Assembly (NCBI GenBank): GCA_021791195.1
Contig: JAJYXB010000017.1
Coordinates: 13,422-77,421, forward strand
Direction: 5' to 3'
Origin: Actinomycetes bacterium
GTDB lineage: Bacteria > Actinomycetota > Thermoleophilia > BMS3ABIN01
DNA length: 64,000 bases
The stretch's first letter is position 1, and each line of letters begins with the position of its first letter. The notes beneath the pieces are model-generated. The model saw only the letters and a list, made by a program, of their open reading frames with translations, was not told the DNA's origin and searched no databases. This document shows, in pieces, positions 19,259-28,340 of the stretch. The position numbers and the translations under genes are program-made.

Positions 19259-20329
19259 ATGACCGACACGACGATCACGCTGCATGAGGGACTGCTATAT
19301 GATGCGCGCCCGGATGGAAAGGTTCAGTGCCACGTATGCCCGCGGCTGTGCATTATCGCTGAAGGCCGCATGGGAATCTGCAAGACCAGGAAGAACGTAG
19401 GCGGCAAGTGCTATACGCTTATCTACGGCAAGGTCTGCTCGGTGGCCGCGGACCCCATCGAGAAGAAACCGCTGTTTCATTTCCACCCCGGCACCTCAGT
19501 GCTGTCGCTGGGCACCCTCGGCTGCAACATGCGCTGCATCCACTGCCAGAACTGGCAGATCGCCCATGCCGACGCGCTCGAGGATAGCGCGCAGCTGCGT
19601 GAGCTGCCGGCAGGGAAGCTGCCGCAGATCGCCGTCAACAATGATTGCCAGGGGGTTGCCTGGACTTACAACGAGCCGACGATCTGGCTGGAGTATGCCA
19701 TCGACGGCGCCAGGGCCTGCCACGCGCACGACCCCCGGCTTTACACCGTTTTTGTCACCAACGGATACATCACGCCGGAGTCGCTGAATCTGGTCGCCCC
19801 CCTGCTGGATGCATATCGAGTTGACATCAAGGGCTTCAGGCCCGAGACTTACAAGTTCCTGGCAAAAATCAGCGACGTGGCGCCGATCTTCAGGGCGGCG
19901 GTGGATGCGAAGCACAGGTATGGCTGCCATGTCGAGATAGTCACGAACGTGATTCCGACGGTCAATGACGACGAGGAGACCCTGCGCTCGATTGCGGCGT
20001 GGATCGCCAGGGACCTGGGTGACAAGACGCCCTGGCATGTGACGCGCTTCTATCCGTATCTGGAACTCGATTACCTGCCGCCGACACCGATTGATACGCT
20101 CGAGCGGGCGCTGGAGATCGGCCGCGAGGAAGGGCTGAAGTTCGTCTATATCGGCAATGTGCCGGGTCATCCGGCGGAAAACACTGTTTGCCCAAATTGT
20201 AAACGAGTGGTAATTCGCCGCGACGGTTACGAGATCGGGAAGCTGGAGGTCCGGGAAGGTTACTGCGCGTTTTGCGGTGAAGATTTAAACGTTGTGCAGG
20301 CTCCGGGCAAGGAGAAAGCGAAGATATAA
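19259..20329 (+). CDS. AmmeMemoRadiSam-system radical SAM enzyme (PflA-like)
   Basis: N-terminal VQCHVCPRLC, CNMRCIHCQNW radical SAM motif, C-terminal CPNC...CAFCG cluster. Domain order typical of the AmmeMemoRadiSam rSAM subfamily. Confidence 0.65.
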   Translation: MTDTTITLHEGLLYDARPDGKVQCHVCPRLCIIAEGRMGICKTRKNVGGKCYTLIYGKVCSVAADPIEKKPLFHFHPGTSVLSLGTLGCNMRCIHCQNWQIAHADALEDSAQLRELPAGKLPQIAVNNDCQGVAWTYNEPTIWLEYAIDGARACHAHDPRLYTVFVTNGYITPESLNLVAPLLDAYRVDIKGFRPETYKFLAKISDVAPIFRAAVDAKHRYGCHVEIVTNVIPTVNDDEETLRSIAAWIARDLGDKTPWHVTRFYPYLELDYLPPTPIDTLERALEIGREEGLKFVYIGNVPGHPAENTVCPNCKRVVIRRDGYEIGKLEVREGYCAFCGEDLNVVQAPGKEKAKI

Positions 20330-20423
20330 GTCCTGCCCGGACGCGGACGGCGCCGGCAAGGGCGCGGCTCAACGACCGGCGGCATCCGGCCGATAAGATG
20401 CCGCGAAAGCAGTGCACGGAGCC

Positions 20424-20448
20424 AGGCGCACACAGGTGCGCCTTTTAC
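20424..20448 (+). terminator. putative rho-independent terminator
   Basis: GGCGCAC-acag-GTGCGCC hairpin followed by TTTTAC, between the rSAM gene and treT. Confidence 0.35.
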
Positions 20449-20482
20449 GTGAAAGACCAAGGACAGTGAGGAGGCCAGAGAG

Positions 20483-21715
20483 TTGCTTCAGGAAGTCCAC
20501 GTAGGCCATAAGTCGCTGGCGGACTATCAGAGCATGGTCGTCAAGCCGCTGGTGGAGGAGATCAGGGAGCTGGCGGAGGCGCTGAAAGGCATGCGCGTGC
20601 TGCACATCAATGCCACCTCATTCGGCGGCGGCGTCGCCGAAATCCTTTACACGCTGGTGCCGCTCATGCGCGACGTCGGCCTGGACGCTGACTGGCGCGT
20701 CATCATGGCGGCCCAGGAGTTTTACGAGTCGACCAAGCTGATGCACAATGCGCTGCAGGGCAATCCCCAGGGACTGAACAAGGCGCAGCAGGACATCTAT
20801 GAGGAACAGAGCCGGCTGGCGACTGAATCGCTGGGCGGCGGCTTCGACTTCATCATCGTGCATGACCCGCAGCCCCTGCTGCTGCGTCATTTCGCCGGGG
20901 ATCTCGGCGCCAAGTGGATCTGGCGCTGTCACATCGACACCTCGTCGCCGAACCCGGAGCTGGCCCGCTATATGCTGCCGTTCGTCCAGCTTTACGACGC
21001 CGCCATCTTCAGTATGGACAAGTATGTCTTCGAAGGCCTCGACATCCCCATCAAGGTCTACATGCCGGCGATCGACCCGTTATCGACCAAGAACATGGTG
21101 CTGTCTCCCGAGGACGCCGATTATGTCGTCAGCCAGTTCGGGGTGGAACCGGGGCCGCCGCTGCTGCTGCAGGTATCGCGGTTCGATCCCTGGAAGGATC
21201 CGCTGGGCGTGATCGATGCCTACCGGCTGGTCAAGAAGGAGTTCGCCTCGGTGCAGCTGGCGCTGGTGGGTTCGATGGCCACCGATGACCCCGAAGGCTG
21301 GGCCTTTTTCACCAAGACCGTCGAGCATGCCGGCGACGATGGCGACGTGCTGATCCTCTCCAACCTCAACAACGTCGGCAACCTGGAAGTTAACGCTTTC
21401 CAGGCGCGGGCGGATGTTGTTATACAAAAATCAATCCGGGAAGGATTTGGATTGACTGTAAGCGAAGCACTATGGAAGGTGAAGCCCACCGTCGGTGGCA
21501 ACGTGGGTGGTATCCCGCAGCAGATCCGGGAGGGGGAAACCGGTTTTCTGGTCGATTCGGTCGATCAGTGCGCCGAGCGCTGCATGTGGATACTCGACCA
21601 TCCGGAAGAGGCCAGGAACATGGGTCGCGCCGGCAAGGAGCACGTGCGCGCCAATTTTCTCATGCCCAGGGTGCTGCGGGACTATCTCAGGCTTTTTTCC
21701 GAACTGACAAAATAG
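20483..21715 (+). CDS. treT: trehalose glycosyltransferring synthase TreT (GT4)
   Basis: HINATSFGGGVAEIL, HNALQGN, VHDPQPL, WRCHIDTSSPN, SRFDPWKD, MATDDPEGW and IREGFGLTVSEALWKVKP match archaeal/bacterial TreT motif-for-motif (from memory). TTG start. Confidence 0.75.
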   Translation: MLQEVHVGHKSLADYQSMVVKPLVEEIRELAEALKGMRVLHINATSFGGGVAEILYTLVPLMRDVGLDADWRVIMAAQEFYESTKLMHNALQGNPQGLNKAQQDIYEEQSRLATESLGGGFDFIIVHDPQPLLLRHFAGDLGAKWIWRCHIDTSSPNPELARYMLPFVQLYDAAIFSMDKYVFEGLDIPIKVYMPAIDPLSTKNMVLSPEDADYVVSQFGVEPGPPLLLQVSRFDPWKDPLGVIDAYRLVKKEFASVQLALVGSMATDDPEGWAFFTKTVEHAGDDGDVLILSNLNNVGNLEVNAFQARADVVIQKSIREGFGLTVSEALWKVKPTVGGNVGGIPQQIREGETGFLVDSVDQCAERCMWILDHPEEARNMGRAGKEHVRANFLMPRVLRDYLRLFSELTK

Positions 21716-21769
21716 CGTCCGTCCCAGGGGAAGCCATGACCGCGGCATGGGCGCCGGCGAGGGGATTAC

Positions 21770-23242
21770 ATGCAAAGTCTGTTTGAAAACGAGCTGATCC
21801 TGGTCTCCAACCGGGGTCCGTTCTCCTACCGGCGGGACAGGAGCGGTGAGCTGGTCACCGCCCGCGGGGGCGGCGGCCTGGTCACCGGCCTGCTGGGCGT
21901 GGCCGGCTCGCATGACGTCACCTGGATCGCCAGTGCGATGACACCCGAGGATGCCGAGGTGAGCCTGCGGATGGGCGGCGGGCGTATCGCGGTCGAGCAC
22001 GGCGGACACAAGCTGGGGCTCAGGTTCGTCGTCATCGACTCCGACACCTATCACCGCTACTATTCCATCATTGCCAATCCGCTTCTCTGGTTCATTCAGC
22101 ATTACCTGTGGGACCTGTCGGTTGCGCCCGATATCCGCAAGAGTGAGACCGACGCCTGGGAGCAAGGCTACCAGGTAGTCAACAGCTATTTCGCCGATGC
22201 TGTCTGCGACGAGCTCGATCAGCGCAAGGAAAAGCGGCCGGTGGTGATGCTGCACGATTACCATCTGTACACCTGTCCGCGGCTGGTGCGCGAGCGCAAT
22301 CCGGATGTGTTCCTGCATCAGTTCATCCATATCCCCTGGCCGCAGTCGGATTACTGGCGCGTGCTGCCGCGGCATATCCGCCGCGCTGTCATCAGCGGGC
22401 TGCTGGCCAATGACATCGTCGCCTTCCACACCCAGCGCTACGTGCGCAATTTCCTCGTCTGCTGCGAAGAGTTGTTGGGGCTCGATGTCAACCATGAAAA
22501 TGATTCCGTTGTCGTTGACGGTCGGGAGGTGTGGGCGCGGGCCTATCCGATCTCAATCGACTGCTCCGAGTTCGACCGGCTGGCCGACAGCCAGGCGGTG
22601 CTGGCGGAAGAAGAGGCCATCAAGGAGCTCCGCCGCGATCACCTGATCCTGCGCGTCGACCGCATGGACCTGTCCAAGAATATCGTCCGCGGTTTCAAGG
22701 CATTCGACATGTTCCTGGACGAACATCCGGAATTCAAGCAACGCATCACGTTTCTGGCGCTGTTACAACCATCGCGCGAGGACGTCGAGGAATACGTGGA
22801 GTACCGCAAGAAGATCATGCGCGTCGTCGAGGTCATCAACACCAAGCACGGCACCACCAACTGGATGCCGATCGACCTGCGCATGCAGGACAATTTCAGC
22901 CGCTCGCTGGCTTCCTACAAGCAGTTCGATGTGCTGATGGTCAACGCCATCTATGATGGCATGAACCTGATCGCCAAGGAGGCCGGGCTGATCAACCGGC
23001 GCGACGGGGTCATCATCCTCTCGGAGAACACCGGCGCCCATGAGGAGCTGGGCGAGTTCTGCATCACGGTCGGTCCCTTCGACCTGGAGAGCCAGGCGCA
23101 GGCCATCTTCCAGGCGCTGGTGATGCCGCAAGATGAGAAACGGCAGCGCGCGGGTATGATAAGGGATACAGTCAGACACAACGACATCAATAAATGGATC
23201 GAGACGCAGTTTATCGATATCAAGCAAAAGATGTCCGGCTGA
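21770..23242 (+). CDS. otsA: GT20 alpha,alpha-trehalose-phosphate synthase-like (OtsA family)
   Basis: LILVSNRGP..., HDYHLY and retaining GT-B fold motifs of the OtsA/GgpS family. 490 aa. Confidence 0.7.
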   Translation: MQSLFENELILVSNRGPFSYRRDRSGELVTARGGGGLVTGLLGVAGSHDVTWIASAMTPEDAEVSLRMGGGRIAVEHGGHKLGLRFVVIDSDTYHRYYSIIANPLLWFIQHYLWDLSVAPDIRKSETDAWEQGYQVVNSYFADAVCDELDQRKEKRPVVMLHDYHLYTCPRLVRERNPDVFLHQFIHIPWPQSDYWRVLPRHIRRAVISGLLANDIVAFHTQRYVRNFLVCCEELLGLDVNHENDSVVVDGREVWARAYPISIDCSEFDRLADSQAVLAEEEAIKELRRDHLILRVDRMDLSKNIVRGFKAFDMFLDEHPEFKQRITFLALLQPSREDVEEYVEYRKKIMRVVEVINTKHGTTNWMPIDLRMQDNFSRSLASYKQFDVLMVNAIYDGMNLIAKEAGLINRRDGVIILSENTGAHEELGEFCITVGPFDLESQAQAIFQALVMPQDEKRQRAGMIRDTVRHNDINKWIETQFIDIKQKMSG

Positions 23243-23269
23243 CGGCAACCGGACGGAAGGAGTGATTGC

Positions 23270-23638
23270 ATGGCCGAGAACCTGATCGAGAAAGTCCTGT
23301 TGCTGGGGATCGGCGCCGCGTCGCTGACACGCGACAAGATCGACGAGCTGGCACACGAGCTGGTGAAGCGGGGCCAGATGACGCGCGAGGAAGGGCAGGA
23401 TTTTGTCGACGTGGCGGTGGCCCGGGCCGAGAAGCAGGGTTCGCAGGCCTTTGACAAGGTGTCGGATGCATATCAGGATACGCTCAGGTCGCTGGGCATC
23501 GCCACCCGCGACCACGTGGACGACATCGAGCGGCGCGTAGCTGTGCTCGAGGCCAAGATCTACGGCAAGCCCTCACGTATCGAAGAACCGGAAACGGGCT
23601 TTGTGGTGACTCCGACAGAGGAAGAAGAGCCCACTTAG
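23270..23638 (+). CDS. phasin-family (PHA-granule-associated-like) small coiled-coil protein
   Basis: 122-aa helical protein, ...LLGIGAASLTRDKIDELAHELVKRGQMTREEG... resembles the phasin/PF05597 pattern. Confidence 0.45.
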   Translation: MAENLIEKVLLLGIGAASLTRDKIDELAHELVKRGQMTREEGQDFVDVAVARAEKQGSQAFDKVSDAYQDTLRSLGIATRDHVDDIERRVAVLEAKIYGKPSRIEEPETGFVVTPTEEEEPT

Positions 23639-23659
23639 CCGGCGCCGCTGCCATCAGGC

Positions 23660-25165
23660 TCAGCCGCCGCCTGCCACCCGCCGAATGTCAGGCAGCCACA
23701 AGGTGAGCGGCGGCCACTGCGTGGAACGGTAGTCGACGCGGTACCTGCTTTTCAGGCCGGTCTCCATGGCCGCATATGTGGGCTGGCTCTCAGAAAGCGC
23801 TACGGCGGCAATCTGCCCCTGATCGATATCGATGCTGATGCGGTCAAACAGGGCGCGGGCATCCGCGTCGCCCCGCTGGTATTTCTCCTCCCACAGAAAC
23901 TGGTCGTAGAACCCGAACGCCACCGGTCGCGCGGCCTGGAAGGCATAGCACCCGGGTGCCAGCACCGGCATCCCGCCACTGGAATTTTTTTCAATCGCCG
24001 CCACTATCCGGTCTACGTCAGCGCTATTACTCCGGGCCAGGAAATCGCGGTCCCTGGCCAGCATCGCCGCCGCGGCGGCCGCAATCAGGACCATCGCCAC
24101 CATGGCAGCCGCTTTCCCCCCGGGCTTCTGCCTGGGCCGCCGGCGGGATCTCAGCCTGGCGGCGGCGCCCGCGAGCGTCACGACTCCCCAGGCGGCCATC
24201 ACGGCTATAGCCGGCTCCGCCGTCTGAAACAGGTTGATGTCATGGCCCGCCGCTGGCAGCGTTGCCAGCGGCAGCAGTCCCGCTCCCAGCCACAGCAGCG
24301 GCAGCGCGAAGCTCTCGCCGCCGCCCGCGTTTCCGGCTTCACGTGCCCGGCGGCGCGTCCGGAGCAGGCTGGCCAGACAAAACCAGACCCCGGGGACAGC
24401 CAGAAGCAGCAGGGGCCAGTCGAACTGCCAGATCCGCTCCATCCCCTGGTAAAAGTTGGCGAAGCTCAGCGTCTTGCTGCCCTGTGCCAGGAAGATGTCG
24501 TCGAAATAAGCGCCGCCTGTGAAGAATTCGATCGCCGCGGCGGCGATGGAGCTGACGCCCAGGACCACGGCCAGGAACAGGCCGCTAAGGCTGCGGCGGT
24601 AGAGCAGGGCGAACATGGCGCCGGCCGCCAGTACCGGCAGGAAGGTGAGTTTTGTCAGCACTCCCAGCGCCGCGACCGCGCCGGCTGCCCCCGCCGACCG
24701 GCGGGAGGCCCCCAATAGCAGCAGAAACATCGCCACGGACAGCAGCGAAGTGAGCGAGTCATTGAGGAACATCCTGGAGAAGAAGACGCCTGCGGGAGCC
24801 ACGAGCGTGAATGCGCCGGCCAGGAACGCCAGCCAGGGTTTCCCGGTCAGCTTCATGGCCAGGAACAGCACTGCCAGCGCCAGCGCGCACTGGATCACCA
24901 GGCTGAAGATCCGGAAGGGCTCGACACTGCCGCCGAACAACGCCAGCGGAGCGCCCAGCAGATAAAGCAGCGGTGGGTGTGCGGCCAGGAAATCGCGATA
25001 GGGGAAGGCGCCGTGGGCGATGGCGCTGGCCGAGATCAGGTAGGCGCTGTCAGCGGCGTCCAGGCAGCTGGTGTCGATGCTAGTGGCGGCAGCCAGGAAA
25101 AAAACAAGCAGAAGAAAAAAGAACGAAAGCAGGCAGGAGCGGGGCAGCTTGGCAGGCGCCGCCAT
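23660..25165 (-). CDS. GT-C membrane glycosyltransferase (PMT_2 / ArnT-like, GT39/GT83-type)
   Basis: 501-aa protein with >10 TM helices. N-terminal loop with YRDF...PPLLY, as in dolichyl/undecaprenyl-phosphate-sugar-dependent GT-C enzymes. Confidence 0.55.
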   Translation of the reverse strand: MAAPAKLPRSCLLSFFFLLLVFFLAAATSIDTSCLDAADSAYLISASAIAHGAFPYRDFLAAHPPLLYLLGAPLALFGGSVEPFRIFSLVIQCALALAVLFLAMKLTGKPWLAFLAGAFTLVAPAGVFFSRMFLNDSLTSLLSVAMFLLLLGASRRSAGAAGAVAALGVLTKLTFLPVLAAGAMFALLYRRSLSGLFLAVVLGVSSIAAAAIEFFTGGAYFDDIFLAQGSKTLSFANFYQGMERIWQFDWPLLLLAVPGVWFCLASLLRTRRRAREAGNAGGGESFALPLLWLGAGLLPLATLPAAGHDINLFQTAEPAIAVMAAWGVVTLAGAAARLRSRRRPRQKPGGKAAAMVAMVLIAAAAAAMLARDRDFLARSNSADVDRIVAAIEKNSSGGMPVLAPGCYAFQAARPVAFGFYDQFLWEEKYQRGDADARALFDRISIDIDQGQIAAVALSESQPTYAAMETGLKSRYRVDYRSTQWPPLTLWLPDIRRVAGGG

Positions 25166-25168
25166 CCG

Positions 25169-25807
25169 CTAGAAGCAGGCCGGGACCGGGAAAGCTTCGG
25201 CCGGTTCCTCCGCGGCGAAAGCTACCGGCACCGGTGCTGGCCGTTTGAGGCGCCGGAGTATTCCCCGCCGCTTGCGGCGCGCCGGCAGGTACACGGGCTG
25301 GACGCCGCCCAGCTCGAGGCGCATGAGCTGCACGCCCCGCGAGCTGCGCACCGGGTTAAAGCCGCACTCCCGCAGGAAATCCTGCTCAAAAAAGTGTCCT
25401 TTGTCCTGCTGCCGCGGGAGCAGCCGGCAGAAAGCTTCGACAGTGTCGATCCCGTCTTCATGCAATTCCGAAAGCACGGCCAGCACCAGGCTCTTGCGCA
25501 CGGAATCCAGCGACGGCTCGGCGACGAGGCTGCAGGTCAAAAGGACCGAATCCACGCCTGCCGGTCCCGCCCTCAGCTTGCGGGCGAAGAGAGGCGAAGG
25601 GGCGAACTGAACCATCCCCAAAAGCCGGCCGTCACCGAACGCCAGCTTTCCCCAGCGGCCGAAGCGCTCCTCGGCAACCTGGTTCCAGTGATCAGCCTCC
25701 GCTGTGCTCCAGCCGTCGTCATGGCCCTGCCACCAGCCGCAATTGCCGCAACACTTGGGGAGATGCGGGAACGTGAGACGGTTAAGTTGTTGAAGCTCGA
25801 AATGCAT
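25169..25807 (-). CDS. hypothetical protein with Cys-rich N-terminus (HLPKCCGNCGWW)
   Basis: ORF 4 bp upstream of the GT-C gene. No family recognised. Confidence 0.3.
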   Translation of the reverse strand: MHFELQQLNRLTFPHLPKCCGNCGWWQGHDDGWSTAEADHWNQVAEERFGRWGKLAFGDGRLLGMVQFAPSPLFARKLRAGPAGVDSVLLTCSLVAEPSLDSVRKSLVLAVLSELHEDGIDTVEAFCRLLPRQQDKGHFFEQDFLRECGFNPVRSSRGVQLMRLELGGVQPVYLPARRKRRGILRRLKRPAPVPVAFAAEEPAEAFPVPACF

Positions 25808-25873
25808 GTTTCCGAAACCGATGATCAGATCGCCTTTGGCGGCGGCCGGCAGACCGGCAGGTTGCCAACCCTT

Positions 25874-26821
25874 TCAGGTTATTATACCGGAGCCTGCCTG
25901 GTTTTTCCCCGCATGGAGCTCCAGGAGCGTGATCTCGGGTCTGGTCAGCAGTCTGAACGGCACCAGGGTTGTGCCCACGCCGCGAGAAACGTGCAGTGTG
26001 GTGCCGTTGACGCGGTAAATGCCTTCGCCGAACTCGGAGCCGGACGAAGAAAGCATGACCTTTCCTTTACTTGGATGCGGGATGCAGATCTGGCCGCCGT
26101 GAGTGTGGCCTGCCAGCACCAGCTGAAAATCGCTGCTGGCCTCTTTTACCGCGTCCGGACTGTGGGACAGCAGAATCCGCAGGGCCGCCCCGGGATCCAG
26201 CTGCTGCCTGACCTGGTCCAGCCGCGCGTAACCGTACTGGTAGTCATCGATACCACATATCTGAATCCGGTCATCGCCGACCGTGACATGGACGCACTCG
26301 TTGTCCAGCAGCCAGATGCCAGCCTCCATCATCAGCATCCGGTTGCGTTTCACGGTCCGGGAAGGGTCAGCATCGACAAAGGGCCTGAACCGGCTGCGGC
26401 CGGAAAACCGGCGGACAAGATCCTGCAGAACGGTCTTGCGCACGCCATGGTCATGATTGCCGAGCACGGCGAATTTGCCGTAAGCAGCATCCAGGGACGC
26501 CAGCCGGCTGATGTAGGGGCTCAGGTCCCGTTGCTTGTCGGTCATGTCGCCGGTGAAGAGGATCATGTCGGCGCCGGCGTTCATGGCGGCGCCGACGAAC
26601 CTGGCGATGGCCAGGTCGTTGGTTCCGGGGGCTCCCGCATGCAGATCGCTGACGTGAAGCAGCTTTAGACCGTCCAGTTGCTGTGGCAACCCCTGGACCA
26701 GCAGCTGCCGCCGCTGGAAGCGCAACCACTGTGCTTCGAAGAGCATATAGCCGGTCCCGGCGGCCGCAATGCCGCCGGCAAGCGTGGCGATTCTGGTGAT
26801 GTAACGCAGATAATTGTTCAT
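25874..26821 (-). CDS. calcineurin-like metallophosphoesterase (YkuE-like)
   Basis: LHVSDLHAG, FTGDMTD and GNHDH motifs. N-terminal TM anchor. Confidence 0.75.
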   Translation of the reverse strand: MNNYLRYITRIATLAGGIAAAGTGYMLFEAQWLRFQRRQLLVQGLPQQLDGLKLLHVSDLHAGAPGTNDLAIARFVGAAMNAGADMILFTGDMTDKQRDLSPYISRLASLDAAYGKFAVLGNHDHGVRKTVLQDLVRRFSGRSRFRPFVDADPSRTVKRNRMLMMEAGIWLLDNECVHVTVGDDRIQICGIDDYQYGYARLDQVRQQLDPGAALRILLSHSPDAVKEASSDFQLVLAGHTHGGQICIPHPSKGKVMLSSSGSEFGEGIYRVNGTTLHVSRGVGTTLVPFRLLTRPEITLLELHAGKNQAGSGIIT

Positions 26822-26965
26822 TTCAGGTACGCGGCCGCGGTGGATGGAAAAATTTTCAGAGCCGGGCTTACCGGCACCGTGGGAGCATCAACGGCGCCGC
26901 GATGCGGAAAGGATCGCCGGCGAACGGCTGGCTGGTTCGGCGGCAGCCGGCCGGTATGCGGTTGC

Positions 26966-27196
26966 TCAGGATTTCCCGTCCTGCCCGGCTTCGACCTCCG
27001 CTTTCAGCCGGGCGCGGGTTTCCTCGATGCGGGCCTTCAAATCCTCGGCCGCCTCCATCTCCGGGCGGGGAGCCGCTGTCTCTGTACCGGGTTCCGCCAG
27101 CAGGTCAAGGGGACCGCCGAACAGCTCCCGTCTGATCTCGCTGCCCGACTTGGGGGCGAGCAGCATTCCGGCTGCGGCGCCCATGCCGGCGCCCAT
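26966..27196 (-). CDS. YtxH-domain (DUF948-like) small protein
   Basis: GAGMGAAAGMLLAPKSGSEIRREL N-terminus typical of YtxH. Confidence 0.45.
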   Translation of the reverse strand: MGAGMGAAAGMLLAPKSGSEIRRELFGGPLDLLAEPGTETAAPRPEMEAAEDLKARIEETRARLKAEVEAGQDGKS

Positions 27197-27447
27197 CAAA
27201 AAAACGCAACAACGCTTGTGTTTGCAAAGGGCCATCCATACCTCCGGGGAGTCCGGTTAGACGCACGCTCTTAAGGCGCATTCTAGTGACTCGCCCGTCG
27301 CCCCGCAAGGATCGGGCGAGGCCGTCCTCCAGGCGGCGCCGTCATCCGGGTTTGGCGCGCTTTGTGCGCGGGCAGGTAAAGCGTGCTAAAGTGCAATCTG
27401 GAAGGGAAGGAAAAGGACCACTGACGGAAAAGAAGATCACCGGCGGC

Positions 27448-27627
27448 ATGGTTATCAACGAGGTCATCCAGCGGTATCCCTGGACGCTGCCCGTGTTTCA
27501 CCGTTATGGGGTGGATTCCTGCTGTGGCGGCGCCCAGACGGTCGCCTTCGCCGCCGCGTCACAGGGCCTGAATCTGGGCGAATTGCTGGCTGAGCTGGAA
27601 GCTGCCGCCCGCTCCCCCGGGTCATGA
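27448..27627 (+). CDS. DUF1858 small redox-associated protein
   Basis: MVINEVIQRYPWTLPVFHRYGVDSCCGG pattern of DUF1858. Start uncertain (may lie upstream). Confidence 0.45.
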   Translation: MVINEVIQRYPWTLPVFHRYGVDSCCGGAQTVAFAAASQGLNLGELLAELEAAARSPGS

Positions 27628-27667
27628 ACCGGCGCAATCAACCCCCGCACAGGGGAAAGGAGGTCGC

Positions 27668-28222
27668 ATGATCGCCTGGCTAATCATCATCGCGGTTATC
27701 GCGGTGCTGATCATCGCGCTCGCCGCTGCCTACAACGGCCTGGTAAGGTCGCGCAACAAGGTGAATAATTCCTGGAAGCAGATCGACGTGCAGCTAAAGC
27801 GGCGGCATGACCTGATACCGAATCTTGTCGAAATGGTCAAGGACTACATGTCCTATGAGCAGGAAGTGCTGCAGAATGTCACCAAGGCCCGCTCGGAGGC
27901 GATGCAGGCGCAGGGCCCGGCGGACTCCGCCAAGGCCGAGAACGTGCTCAGCGGCGCCCTCAAGTCGCTGTTCGCGGTGGCGGAGAACTATCCCGACCTG
28001 AAAGCCAACCAGAACGTTTCGCAGCTGCAGGAAGAGCTGACCTCGACAGAGAACAAGATCGCTTTTGCCCGTCAGCTGTACAATGACCTGGTCATGGATT
28101 TCAACAATAAGGTACAGACGTTCCCGTCGAACGTCGTTGCTGGCGCCTTCGGCTTCAAGGCGCGGGAATACTTCGAAGTGCCGGAAGAAGAGAAGGAACC
28201 GGTGAAGGTCAATCTTCGCTAG
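27668..28222 (+). CDS. lemA: LemA family protein
   Basis: N-terminal TM, ...YNGLVRSRNKVNNSWKQIDVQLKRRHDLIPNLV... characteristic of LemA. Confidence 0.85.
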   Translation: MIAWLIIIAVIAVLIIALAAAYNGLVRSRNKVNNSWKQIDVQLKRRHDLIPNLVEMVKDYMSYEQEVLQNVTKARSEAMQAQGPADSAKAENVLSGALKSLFAVAENYPDLKANQNVSQLQEELTSTENKIAFARQLYNDLVMDFNNKVQTFPSNVVAGAFGFKAREYFEVPEEEKEPVKVNLR

Positions 28223-28340
28223 CGCGAGGCTCCGCGAGAACATACGGGATCCCCACGCGGATCCGTTAGTGCCCTCAAGGCGGACCGGCCAGCGGCTCCC
28301 TGGTTGTACCCGGAGCGCCGGCTCATAGCACGGATATCCT

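Noticed and set aside
24977-26668. 563-aa plus-strand ORF
   Set aside because: It is antisense to the metallophosphoesterase and the Cys-rich hypothetical gene. It has low-complexity composition and no recognisable domain. GC-driven artefact.
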